Shown here piece by piece: positions 1-8,678 of a stretch of 12,768 nucleotides of DNA. Positions within the stretch are counted from its first letter, which is position 1. Each line of letters starts with the position of its first letter. Made by a program: the position numbers and the translations under genes. The DNA is from Myxococcota bacterium (GTDB taxonomy: Bacteria; Myxococcota; UBA4151): the NCBI GenBank assembly GCA_036338695.1, contig JAYZBQ010000014.1:1-12768 (forward strand). Reading direction: 5' to 3'. The notes under the pieces are model-generated. The model did no database searches. It was given only the letters and a program-made list of their open reading frames with translations, and was not told the DNA's origin.

Positions 1-275
1 CTGTGATCGAGGCGTCGCGCTGGATCGATGACCACGACTGCCTGCTGCTGTTTGAGGATCACGCCAAAGATCCAACCTGCGAGGTGACGGAGGCGGTCCT
101 TGCCAAGGAGTGGCCGATCTACTTCTTTCATGATGATGGGCGCCTGGACCGAATCGAGTCGGTCGCTCAAGCCGCTGCCCTCAAAACCATAGCGAATCGA
201 GGCTACAACTTCTTTGGGCTGCACCCTGGTGGCTCGTTTGCGCGCCGCTTTGCGGCGAAAATGGGCGGATCATGA
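1..275 (+). CDS. C-terminal fragment of a hypothetical protein (5'-truncated by window edge); weak resemblance to the C-terminus of FkbM-family methyltransferases
   Basis: Frame is open from the window edge to TGA 273-275, which overlaps the ALDH start as ATGA (272-275), typical of translational coupling. The pattern LLLFEDH...WPIYFF...GYNFFG recalls the last strands of FkbM-like proteins, but no SAM-binding motif is inside the window, so the family call is weak. Confidence 0.6.
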   Translation, partial: VIEASRWIDDHDCLLLFEDHAKDPTCEVTEAVLAKEWPIYFFHDDGRLDRIESVAQAAALKTIANRGYNFFGLHPGGSFARRFAAKMGGS

Positions 276-1657
276 GCACGATGCAACGCACGTATTCGCC
301 GGTCGACGGCGCCTTGCTGGTGGAGCGTGAACTCGCAGGGAACTCGGCGCGTGAGCGGCTCCTCGATCGTTCGGTCGCCGCGCAGGCGCTGTGGGCGTCG
401 ACGCCGCTTGAGCGGCGCATCGAGCAGCTCGAGCGCATGGTCGATGCGTTCGTGGCGATGCGGGGCGAGATCGCCGAGGAGATCACGCGCCAGATGGGGC
501 GCCCCCTCGCACAGAGCCCATGGGAGGTCGACGGCTTTGAGCAGCGCGCTCGCGCCATGCTCGAGATGGCGCCGCGGGTGCTTGCGTCGATCCAGCCCGC
601 TCCCATCGATGGCTTCGAGCGCTGGGTTCAGCGCGAGCCGCTGGGTGTGGTGCTGACGTTGGCGCCTTGGAACTATCCGTATCTGTGCGCCGTCAACGCC
701 ATCATCCCCGCCATGGCGGCTGGTAACTCGGTGATCCTCAAGCACTCGGCGCAGACGCCGCTGTGTGCCGAGCGCCTTCAGCGGGCGGCTGACGAGGCGG
801 GGCTCCCCGACGGCGTCTTTCAGACGCTGCACTGCAGCCACGAGGCCGTCGCCGAGTTGGTCGCGGATCGGCGCGTGCAGTTCGTGGCGTTCACCGGCTC
901 GGTCGAGGGGGGCGTCGCAGTAAGCCAAGCCGCAGGCGGCCGCTTCATGGGGTTGGGGCTCGAGCTAGGCGGTAAAGACCCTGCCTACGTCCGGGCGGAC
1001 GCGGACCTGGCGCACGCTGCGCCCAATCTGGTTGAGGGAGCGTTTTTCAACGCAGGTCAGAGCTGTTGTGGGATCGAGCGGATCTATGTGCATCGGAGCC
1101 GTTTTGATGACTTCGTCGAGGCCTACGTTCAGGGCGTACGGGCGCTGCGCCTGGGCAACCCGCTTGATCGATCCACTGACCTCGGACCGGTGGTGCGGAA
1201 AGCCGCCGCCGATCATGTCCGTCGGCAGGTCGCGGCGGCGCAGGCGGCTGGAGCCACTCAGTTGGTCGACCACGCGCAGTTTGGAGCAGCCGACGCCGGC
1301 GTCTACCTGGCGCCGCAGGTGCTCGTAGGGGTCGATCACTCGATGGCGCTGATGCGTGAGGAGACCTTTGGGCCGGTGGTCGGCATCATGGCGGTGGACG
1401 ATGATGACGAGGCGGTCCGTCTGATGAATGACTCGCGCTACGGTCTCACCGCCAGCGTCTGGACGCCCGACCTCGAGGCTGCAGGAGCCATCGGTCAGCG
1501 CCTGCAAACGGGCACGGTCTTCGCCAACCGTTGTGACTACCTTGACCCCTATTTGGCATGGGTCGGGGTCAAAGACTCAGGGCACGGCTGCACGCTCTCG
1601 CCAGTCGGTTATGAGCAGCTGACGCGGCCGAAATCGTTTCACTTTCGCCGACTCTAG
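272..1657 (+). CDS. NAD(P)+-dependent aldehyde dehydrogenase, 461 aa
   Basis: Canonical ALDH motifs: PWNYP, LKHS, FTGS, catalytic Glu in LELGGKDP, catalytic Cys region FFNAGQSCC, EETFGP, YGLTASVW. Confidence 0.97.
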   Translation: MSTMQRTYSPVDGALLVERELAGNSARERLLDRSVAAQALWASTPLERRIEQLERMVDAFVAMRGEIAEEITRQMGRPLAQSPWEVDGFEQRARAMLEMAPRVLASIQPAPIDGFERWVQREPLGVVLTLAPWNYPYLCAVNAIIPAMAAGNSVILKHSAQTPLCAERLQRAADEAGLPDGVFQTLHCSHEAVAELVADRRVQFVAFTGSVEGGVAVSQAAGGRFMGLGLELGGKDPAYVRADADLAHAAPNLVEGAFFNAGQSCCGIERIYVHRSRFDDFVEAYVQGVRALRLGNPLDRSTDLGPVVRKAAADHVRRQVAAAQAAGATQLVDHAQFGAADAGVYLAPQVLVGVDHSMALMREETFGPVVGIMAVDDDDEAVRLMNDSRYGLTASVWTPDLEAAGAIGQRLQTGTVFANRCDYLDPYLAWVGVKDSGHGCTLSPVGYEQLTRPKSFHFRRL

Positions 1658-1665
1658 GAGCGCCG

Positions 1666-2835
1666 ATGTCGTGGACTGGACAATGGAACTTTCCCGCCCC
1701 CATTCGATTTGGATCGGGGGTCATCAAGCAGCTCCCTGATGCTTGCCGCGAGCTGGGTATGGAGCGACCGTTGCTGGTCACGGACCCAGGTTTGTCTGCG
1801 CTGCCAATCGTGGCTGAGGCGGTTGCGATCAACGCCGACGCGCAGCTCAAGACCGCTGTTTTCGATCAGATCCAAGGGAACCCGACTGGCGAAGATGTCG
1901 AGCGCGGCACGGCGGCTCTGCGGGCGGGCGCGCACGACGGCGTGATCGCTTTTGGCGGGGGCTCGGCGCTCGACGTCGGTAAAGCTATTGCGCTGATGGC
2001 GGGGCAGACGCGCCCGCTGTGGGACTTTGAGGATGTCGGTGACAACTGGAAGCGGGTCGACACCGAGGCGATGGTGCCGTGCGTTGCGGTCCCGACGACC
2101 TCAGGGACGGGCTCCGAGGTGGGGCGGTGTTCGGTGATTACGAACAAAGACGAGCACCGGAAGGTGATCATCTTTCACGCCAACATGGTCCCCGGGCGTG
2201 TGCTCTGCGATCCAGACCTGACGATCGGGCTGCCGGCCAAGCTGACCGCTGCCGTCGGGATCGATGCGCTGAGCCACAACCTCGAGGCTTTGTGCGCGCC
2301 CGGTTACCACCCGATGGCGGATGGCATCGCGCTCGAGGGCATCCGGCAGGTTCATTTGATGCTCGAGCGCGCCGTGCGCGACGGCGCCGACATCGAGGCG
2401 CGCGCCGGGATGATGGTGGCTTCGACGATGGGAGCTACAGCCTTTCAAAAGGGCTTAGGCGCGATGCACTCGATGAGCCACCCGGTGGGTGCGGTGATCG
2501 AGGCGCACCATGGGCTGTGCAATGCGGTGTTCATGCCCTATGTGCTCGGATTTAACCGCCCGATGATCGAGTCGCGCATGACCGACCTGGCGCGTTATCT
2601 CGACCTGCCTCATCCCAGCTTTGACGCCGTGCTCGAGTGGGTGCTTGGGCTGCGCGAGCGGCTCGGTATACCGCACTCAAGCGAGCGGCTCGGGGTGATC
2701 CGTGAGGAGATCCCGCTGCTCGCCCGGATGGGCGCGCAAGACCCCACGGCGGCAACCAATCCTGTCCCGCTTGATGAGGGCAACCTAACGCAGCTGTTCG
2801 AGGAGAGCCTGCGCGGCGAGGTCGTCGTTCGTTGA
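1666..2835 (+). CDS. Iron-containing (group III) alcohol dehydrogenase, 389 aa
   Basis: Motifs FGGGSALD, PTTSGTGSEV, DALSHNLE, GAMHSMSH and HHG (metal-ligand Asp/His set). AGGAG RBS at 1656-1660. Confidence 0.96.
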   Translation: MSWTGQWNFPAPIRFGSGVIKQLPDACRELGMERPLLVTDPGLSALPIVAEAVAINADAQLKTAVFDQIQGNPTGEDVERGTAALRAGAHDGVIAFGGGSALDVGKAIALMAGQTRPLWDFEDVGDNWKRVDTEAMVPCVAVPTTSGTGSEVGRCSVITNKDEHRKVIIFHANMVPGRVLCDPDLTIGLPAKLTAAVGIDALSHNLEALCAPGYHPMADGIALEGIRQVHLMLERAVRDGADIEARAGMMVASTMGATAFQKGLGAMHSMSHPVGAVIEAHHGLCNAVFMPYVLGFNRPMIESRMTDLARYLDLPHPSFDAVLEWVLGLRERLGIPHSSERLGVIREEIPLLARMGAQDPTAATNPVPLDEGNLTQLFEESLRGEVVVR

Positions 2836-4118
2836 GCGCTGCAGCGGCTCCGCACCCACCTAAAATGATCCGCTGGCGGCGGCGTATCTTCGCCTCGACG
2901 TGGCTCTGCTACGTGGGGCTGTATTTCGCCCGTAAGCCCTTCTTCATCGTCAAGAAGGACCTCGGTGATGCGATGCAGTTCAGCGCATCGGACCTCGGGT
3001 TGATCGGCAGCGCCTACCTGATCGCCTACGCGGCGGGCCAGTTCGTCGCAGGCAGCGCCGGGACACGCTTTGGGGCGCGCAAGCTGCTGCTCGTCGGTAT
3101 GGGCGCCTCGTTGCTCGCCAACCTCGTTTTCGGTGTCGCCAACGGCTTGTCTGCGTTCGTCGTCTTTATGGTGATCAACGGTTTGGGGCAGGCTACCGGC
3201 TGGGCGGGGACGGTCAGCACCATGGCGAACTGGTTCCGGCGCGCCGAGCGCGGGACCGTGATGGGGCTCTGGGCGACGTGTTTCCAGGTTGGCGGCGTGC
3301 TCGCCAACGCGCTCGCTGCGTACATGCTCGGCGCCTACGGTTACACCTACAGTTTCTTCGCCGGCTCCTGCGTGCTCTTTGTCATCCTCGTCTTCTTTGT
3401 CTTCAACCAGCGCAACCAACCCGAGGACGTGGGCTTGGCGCTGGCGGATCCGGACGCCGGCGAGGAGCCGGCCGAGGGGCTTGTGGGCGAGGGCGGGTGG
3501 ATGCAGCGGATCGGTTGGGACCGAGGCGTCCTGAACACCGTGCTGCTCGTCGGCGGGTTCTACTTTTTCGTCAAATTCATTCGCTATGCGTTGTGGTCCT
3601 GGGTGCCGTACTTCCTGGGCAAAAACTACGGGCTGCGCGGTGACGACGCCGGCTACATCTCGACCTTATTTGACCTCTTCGGGATCGCAGGCTGTATCGC
3701 TGCTGGCTACCTCTCGGATCGTTATTTCAACGGGCGCCGTGCGCGGATCAGCTTCTTCTTCTTGGTGGCGATGGGCGCCTCGTGCGTGCTGATGTACACG
3801 CTCGGGCAGGTGACGATGACGCTCTTTGCGCTCTCGATTGCGCTGGTTGGGTTTACGCTCTACGGACCGGACGCGCTGATGACCGGTGCTGCGGCGCAAG
3901 ATATCGGAGGGCGCGGCACGGCGCTGGCTGCTGGGATCATCAACGGTCTCGGCTCGGTCGGTGCGGTGGTCCAAGAGTTCGTCATCTCGGGGATGTATGA
4001 CGCCAGCGGCGGTGACCTCGGGCCGGTCTTTGGTCTGCTCGTCGGCGCCTCGCTGGGCGCGATTGTGAGTCTAGGGGTTGTCTTATGGCGAAACCGGAAG
4101 GGGCTGAGCGACGTATGA
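2832..4118 (+). CDS. MFS transporter, organophosphate:phosphate antiporter (GlpT/UhpT/SLC37-like) family
   Basis: About 12 hydrophobic segments; YFARK in TM1 and KFIRY in TM7 carry the two OPA-family Arg; WF..xERG and GYLSDR loop motifs. TTG start overlaps the upstream stop (TTGA 2832-2835). An alternative in-frame ATG is at 2865. Confidence 0.9.
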   Translation: MSAAAAPHPPKMIRWRRRIFASTWLCYVGLYFARKPFFIVKKDLGDAMQFSASDLGLIGSAYLIAYAAGQFVAGSAGTRFGARKLLLVGMGASLLANLVFGVANGLSAFVVFMVINGLGQATGWAGTVSTMANWFRRAERGTVMGLWATCFQVGGVLANALAAYMLGAYGYTYSFFAGSCVLFVILVFFVFNQRNQPEDVGLALADPDAGEEPAEGLVGEGGWMQRIGWDRGVLNTVLLVGGFYFFVKFIRYALWSWVPYFLGKNYGLRGDDAGYISTLFDLFGIAGCIAAGYLSDRYFNGRRARISFFFLVAMGASCVLMYTLGQVTMTLFALSIALVGFTLYGPDALMTGAAAQDIGGRGTALAAGIINGLGSVGAVVQEFVISGMYDASGGDLGPVFGLLVGASLGAIVSLGVVLWRNRKGLSDV

Positions 4119-6562
4119 CGAGTTCATTTCCAACGCAGGCGCGCTGCGTCGTCATCGGCGGCGGGATCGTCGGGTGTTCGGTCGCCTATCACCTGGGGCG
4201 GATGGGCTGGACGGACACGGTCGTGCTCGAGCGAGGACAGCTAACCTGCGGCTCAACCTTTCACGCCGCCGGGCTGGTGGGTCAGCTGCGCAGCTCAGCG
4301 AACATCACCCAGCTCCTCAAATACAGCGTGGAGCTCTATGACTCGCTGGAAGACGAGACCGGTCAAGCCACTGGGTGGAAGCAAAACGGTGGTCTGCGGC
4401 TCGCCTGCAACCAGGACCGGTGGACGGAGCTCCGCCGCCAAGCGACCACTGCGCGCAGCTTCGGGCTCCCTGTCGAGCTGTTGACGCCCAAGGAGGCGCA
4501 GGCGCTCTGGCCGCTGATCGATGCGTCGGATCTTGTGGGCGCCGCCTTCTTACCGACCGACGGTCAAGCGAACCCCTCCGACGTGACCATGGCGCTGGCT
4601 AAGGGCGCGCGCATGAGCGGCGTCCGTATCGTCGAGAACAGCCCGGTGCTTGGGATCAACACCCGCGACGGGCGCGTGACCGGCGTGCGCTGCGAGGCCG
4701 GTGAGATCGCCTGCGAGGTCGTCGTCAATTGCGCCGGGCAGTGGGCGCGTGAGCTCGGCGAGATGGTCGGCGTGGCGGTGCCGGTCTGCTCGGTGGAGCA
4801 CCAATACATGATCACCGAGGCGATGCCTGGCGTGACGCGCGACCTGCCGACCTTGAGAGACCCGGATCGGCTCATCTACTTCAAGGAAGAGGTCGGCGGC
4901 TTGGTGATGGGTGGCTATGAGCCCAACCCGATCCCTTGGGCCCCCGACGGGATCCCGCGCGGCTTTACGTTCTCGTTGCTCACGAGCAACTTTGATCACT
5001 TTGAGCAGCTGATGGAGCAAGCGCTCGCGCGGGTGCCGAGCTTGGTGGATGCGGGCGTCAAAGAGCTCATCAACGGACCGGAGGCGTTTACGCCGGACGG
5101 GAGCTTCATCCTCGGTGAATCGCCGCAGCTCAAGGGGTTCTTTGTTGGAGCGGGCTTTAACGCCTATGGGATCGCTGCGGCGGGTGGTGCCGGGCGTGCG
5201 CTGGCTGAGTGGATCGTCGCAGGCGAGCCGACGATGGACCTCTGGCCGGTCGATATTCGCCGCTTTCACAACCACCACGCAGACCCAGCCTGGGTGCGCG
5301 AGCGCACGCTTGAGCTCTACGCCAAGCACTACACGATGTCGTGGCCGCTCGAGGAGCATGACTCGGCGAGACCAAGACGCCAAAGCCCACTGTATGAGCG
5401 GCTGCGTCAGGCGGGTGCGTGCTTTGGCGAGAAGATGGGCTGGGAGCGGCCGAACTGGTTCGCGCCCGCCGGCGTGGAGCCCAAAGACGCGTACTCGTTC
5501 TCGGCTCCCAACTGGGAGGCTCATGTCCGGCGTGAGCACCTAGCTTGCCGAGGCGCGGCGGCACTGTTTGATCAGAGCTCGTTCGCAAAGTTTGAGGTGG
5601 CGGGCGCCGACGCTGAGGCGGCGCTGAGTTGGATCTGCGCCAACGATGTGCGCGGCGCGCCGGGGAAGCTGACCTACACTCAGCTGCTCAACGCACGCGG
5701 CGGGATTGAGTGTGACCTCACGGTCGCTCGCCTCGCCCACGACCGGTTCTACATCGTCACCGGCACCGGCTTTGCGACGCACGATTTCCAATGGATCCAG
5801 AGCCAGCTACCGCAAGGGATGGACGTGACGCTCACCGATCGGACGGAGGCCTACTCCGTGCTCTCCCTGATGGGACCTCGGGCGCGTGCGATCCTGAGCC
5901 AGGTGACCACCGACGACGTCAGCAACGAAGCCTTCCCCTTTGGGCAGACTCGGCGGCTTCGCTGCGGGGCATTCAACGTCCAGGCGCTGCGCGTGACCTA
6001 CGTTGGCGAGCTGGGGTGGGAGCTCCACGTGGCGGTCGAGCATGCCGGTGAGCTGTTCGACCGCTTGCATGCAGCAGGGGCAGCGCACGGCTTGGTTAAC
6101 GCCGGCTACCGGGCCATCGAGACGCTGCGGCTCGAGAAGGGGTACCGCGCCTGGCCCGGTGAGGTCGGACCGGACCACACGCCGCTTGAGGCTGGGCTCG
6201 CTTGGGCCGCCAAGCTGAAAACCGACGTCGATTTTCTGGGCCGCTCTGCGCTGGTCGAGCAGCGCGCGTCCGGGCTGACCAAGAAGATGGCCTGCTTGAC
6301 AGTTGATGATCCGAGCGTTCGGCTCTGGGGCCGCGAGACGATCTTGCGTGATGGTGAGCCGGTCGGGTGGCTCAGCAGCGCCGGTTACGGACACAGCGTC
6401 AACAAATGGATCGGGTACGGCTACGTCCGCAACGCGCAAGGGGTCGACAAAGCCTACTTGCAGTCCGGCGTTTATGAGCTGGAGATCGCAACGGAGCGGG
6501 TACCGGCGCAGCTGCAGCTCGGCCCGCTGGTCGATCCCAAGGGCTTGCGGATCCGCTCTTAG
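4115..6562 (+). CDS. FAD-dependent N-methylamine oxidoreductase with C-terminal GcvT (THF-binding) domain, dimethylglycine/sarcosine dehydrogenase family, about 815 aa
   Basis: GGGIVG dinucleotide fold; GSTFHAAGL (flavinylation His motif, His codon 4262-4264); LRDPD, GPEAFTPDG, GWERP, YVGELGWEL, LRLEKGY. The start is placed at ATG 4115 because it forms an ATGA overlap with the MFS stop; the track start at 4085 adds 10 aa. Confidence 0.95.
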   Translation: MTSSFPTQARCVVIGGGIVGCSVAYHLGRMGWTDTVVLERGQLTCGSTFHAAGLVGQLRSSANITQLLKYSVELYDSLEDETGQATGWKQNGGLRLACNQDRWTELRRQATTARSFGLPVELLTPKEAQALWPLIDASDLVGAAFLPTDGQANPSDVTMALAKGARMSGVRIVENSPVLGINTRDGRVTGVRCEAGEIACEVVVNCAGQWARELGEMVGVAVPVCSVEHQYMITEAMPGVTRDLPTLRDPDRLIYFKEEVGGLVMGGYEPNPIPWAPDGIPRGFTFSLLTSNFDHFEQLMEQALARVPSLVDAGVKELINGPEAFTPDGSFILGESPQLKGFFVGAGFNAYGIAAAGGAGRALAEWIVAGEPTMDLWPVDIRRFHNHHADPAWVRERTLELYAKHYTMSWPLEEHDSARPRRQSPLYERLRQAGACFGEKMGWERPNWFAPAGVEPKDAYSFSAPNWEAHVRREHLACRGAAALFDQSSFAKFEVAGADAEAALSWICANDVRGAPGKLTYTQLLNARGGIECDLTVARLAHDRFYIVTGTGFATHDFQWIQSQLPQGMDVTLTDRTEAYSVLSLMGPRARAILSQVTTDDVSNEAFPFGQTRRLRCGAFNVQALRVTYVGELGWELHVAVEHAGELFDRLHAAGAAHGLVNAGYRAIETLRLEKGYRAWPGEVGPDHTPLEAGLAWAAKLKTDVDFLGRSALVEQRASGLTKKMACLTVDDPSVRLWGRETILRDGEPVGWLSSAGYGHSVNKWIGYGYVRNAQGVDKAYLQSGVYELEIATERVPAQLQLGPLVDPKGLRIRS

Positions 6563-6604
6563 CCCGTTGGTGGCCCTGCGGATCGCCTGCCCCCCCTTTA
6601 TCGA

Positions 6605-6620
6605 TGGCGCCTGGGCCGCT
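6605..6620 (+). promoter_or_regulatory. Possible sigma-54 (-24/-12) promoter upstream of Cys-rich lipoprotein A
   Basis: TGGCGCCTGGGCCGCT has exact GG-N10-GC spacing and ends in W. The -12 box (CCGCT) deviates from TTGCW. It matches the element at 12221-12236 at 11 of 16 positions. Confidence 0.3.
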
Positions 6621-6659
6621 AGGTTTGACCCTCGGGATGGTCCCGGCGAGGTCGGTTTG

Positions 6660-8624
6660 ATGCATCGAGCTTTCATGGTCTGTAGTCTGTTGGTCGTCGC
6701 CTCGTGCAGCGAGCAGGTGGTCGTTCGTGAGGTCGAGTCGACCTGCGGTAACGGCGAGGTCGAGGCGGGTGAAGCCTGCGACGACGGCAACACCCGCAAC
6801 GGCGACGCCTGCACCAGCGGCTGCGCCGTGGCGCAATGCGGTGACGAGATCACGCGTCAGGATCTCGAGCCCGGTGAAGAGGGCTATGAAGCCTGCGATG
6901 ATGGGAACAGCGACGACGCCGACGGCTGCCTCAGCGACTGCGCCTTGGCGCGTTGCGGCGACGGGGTGGTGCGCTTGGATCGCTCCGAGGGCGAGGAGGG
7001 CTTTGAGCGCTGCGATGACGCCAATGACGTCGACACCGATGACTGCCTCAACAACTGCCAACTGGCGCGCTGCGGCGATGGGGTGGTGCGCACCGACTTA
7101 GCCGAGGACGACGCGGGCTTTGAAGCGTGCGACGACGGCGATGAGGATGAGACCAACGGCTGCAAGAATGACTGCACGCCGCAGGTCTGCGGTGACGGCG
7201 TCGTCGGCTTGGGTGAGGGCTGCGACGATGGAAACGACGACCCAGACGACGACTGCGATGGCTGCCGTCCGAAGATCTGCGGCGATGGGATCCTCGGCCC
7301 TGAAGAGCTCTGCGATGACGGCAACGAGATCGACACGGACGAGTGCACCAACCAATGCGCCCCGGCTGCCTGCGGTGATGGAATTCTGCGTACGGACCTC
7401 GACGACGAGGGGAACCCTATCGAGGTCTGTGATGACGGCAACACCCTAGCGAGTGATGGCTGCACGGACCGCTGTCAGGTGGCGCAATGTGGCGACGGGA
7501 TCCTGCGCCGAGGCTTGCAGTGGGGCGCCGAGGGCTTTGAGGAGTGCGATGATGGCAACGCAGACGCAGCCGACGGCTGCTCGGCGACCTGTCTGCGCGA
7601 GGTCTGCGGCAACGGGATTGTGGATCCCGGCGAGGCTTGCGACGACGGGAACCGAAACGAGCTTGATGCCTGCACCAACCGCTGCCTAGCGGCCACGTGC
7701 GGTGATGGTCTGGTGCGGGAGGACCTCGAAGAGGACGCCGAGGGCTATGAGTTCTGCGACGACGGGAACGAGTCGAACAGCGACGCCTGCCTCGACACGT
7801 GTCGCGTGGCTCGGTGCGGCGACGGGTTCGTGCGTGAGGGTGTCGAAGGCTGCGACGACGCCAACGAGGTCGAGGCAGACGCTTGCACCAACGCCTGTTC
7901 GCTGGCGCGCTGCGGCGACGGGATCCAGCGTCAGGACATCGCTGAGGGCGCGCAAGGCTATGAGGCGTGCGATGACGGGAATCAGGTCAACTCGGACGGC
8001 TGCGTGGACGGGTGTCGGCTAGCAGTCTGCGGCGATGGGTTTGTGCGCGCTGGGCTAGAGGCATGTGACGATGGAAACAACGTCCAAACGGACGCTTGCC
8101 TCGACGACTGCGTCGCTGCTCGATGTGGTGACGGCGTGGTGCAAGCGGGTGTTGAGGACTGCGACGACGCCAACAACGACGACGACGACGCCTGCCTGAA
8201 CAGTTGCGCCGCAGCGCGCTGTGGAGACGGTATCGTGCGGGTCGGCGTGGAGGCGTGCGATGATGGCAACAACAACAACAACGACGGCTGCCGAAACGAC
8301 TGCTCGTCAGGCGTCAACGGCGACCTAGGCGGGATTGCTTTCTGCGGGTATGGAACATCGAACGGCCGGCGCGTGGGCATCTACAACAGCCGAAATCAGC
8401 CGCTGCAGCGGCACTACGGTCACGCCAACTGGGACAGCTTCTGCCGAGCCAACGGCTGGGCTCGATCGAACTCGGGACATGGTAATTGGAACCGCGATTG
8501 TGGCTGGGTGATGCAGAATTGGTCAAACTATGGTGTCGGCGGTGGCAATGGATCACACCGCAGCAACGATTACCGGCCCAATCGCGGCAGCGGCAGCCAC
8601 ATCTATATGACCTGTATCGAGTAG
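6660..8624 (+). CDS. Cys-rich repeat lipoprotein A (myxobacterial disulfide repeat / DUF4215-type), 654 aa: signal peptide, 15 four-Cys repeats, 102-aa head domain
   Basis: ATG 6660 follows GAGGT (6648-6652). N-terminus [16 protein letters not shown]16 is a lipoprotein-type signal. Repeats CG[DN]G..E.CDD[GA]N....D.C...C run 6744-8315, and the unique C-terminus 8316-8624. It aligns without gaps to the N-terminus of paralog B, which supports this start over 6303. Confidence 0.92.
   Translation: MHRAFMVCSLLVVASCSEQVVVREVESTCGNGEVEAGEACDDGNTRNGDACTSGCAVAQCGDEITRQDLEPGEEGYEACDDGNSDDADGCLSDCALARCGDGVVRLDRSEGEEGFERCDDANDVDTDDCLNNCQLARCGDGVVRTDLAEDDAGFEACDDGDEDETNGCKNDCTPQVCGDGVVGLGEGCDDGNDDPDDDCDGCRPKICGDGILGPEELCDDGNEIDTDECTNQCAPAACGDGILRTDLDDEGNPIEVCDDGNTLASDGCTDRCQVAQCGDGILRRGLQWGAEGFEECDDGNADAADGCSATCLREVCGNGIVDPGEACDDGNRNELDACTNRCLAATCGDGLVREDLEEDAEGYEFCDDGNESNSDACLDTCRVARCGDGFVREGVEGCDDANEVEADACTNACSLARCGDGIQRQDIAEGAQGYEACDDGNQVNSDGCVDGCRLAVCGDGFVRAGLEACDDGNNVQTDACLDDCVAARCGDGVVQAGVEDCDDANNDDDDACLNSCAAARCGDGIVRVGVEACDDGNNNNNDGCRNDCSSGVNGDLGGIAFCGYGTSNGRRVGIYNSRNQPLQRHYGHANWDSFCRANGWARSNSGHGNWNRDCGWVMQNWSNYGVGGGNGSHRSNDYRPNRGSGSHIYMTCIE
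6744..8315 (+). repeat. 15 tandem coding four-Cys repeats (30-39 aa) in lipoprotein A
   Basis: Unit lengths counted from the translation: 31,39,39,39,30,31,39,39,31,39,32,39,32,32,32. Confidence 0.93.
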
Positions 8625-8678
8625 GCGGCCGTGACCGCTTCGCCGGATGGGATCCGGTCGCTTAGGAAGGGAACGCTC

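Noticed and set aside
272..6562. Assigning symbols such as betB, puuC, glpT, dmg or gcvT
   Set aside because: Family membership is clear, but orthology and substrate cannot be established from motifs alone.
6590..6596. C7 homopolymer upstream of lipoprotein A as a phase-variation tract
   Set aside because: Too short to be unusual in a high-GC genome, and it lies outside the candidate promoter spacer and the CDS.
6303..6659. 119-aa N-terminal extension of lipoprotein A given by the ORF track
   Set aside because: It overlaps the GcvT-family gene by 260 bp and would bury the signal peptide. Alignment with paralog B and the RBS support ATG 6660. The 8631 start for B is rejected for similar reasons.
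8268..8282. (AAC)5 microsatellite
   Set aside because: It encodes NNNNN within a normal-length 32-aa unit, and the equivalent B unit has NNNDN. There is no sign of slippage.
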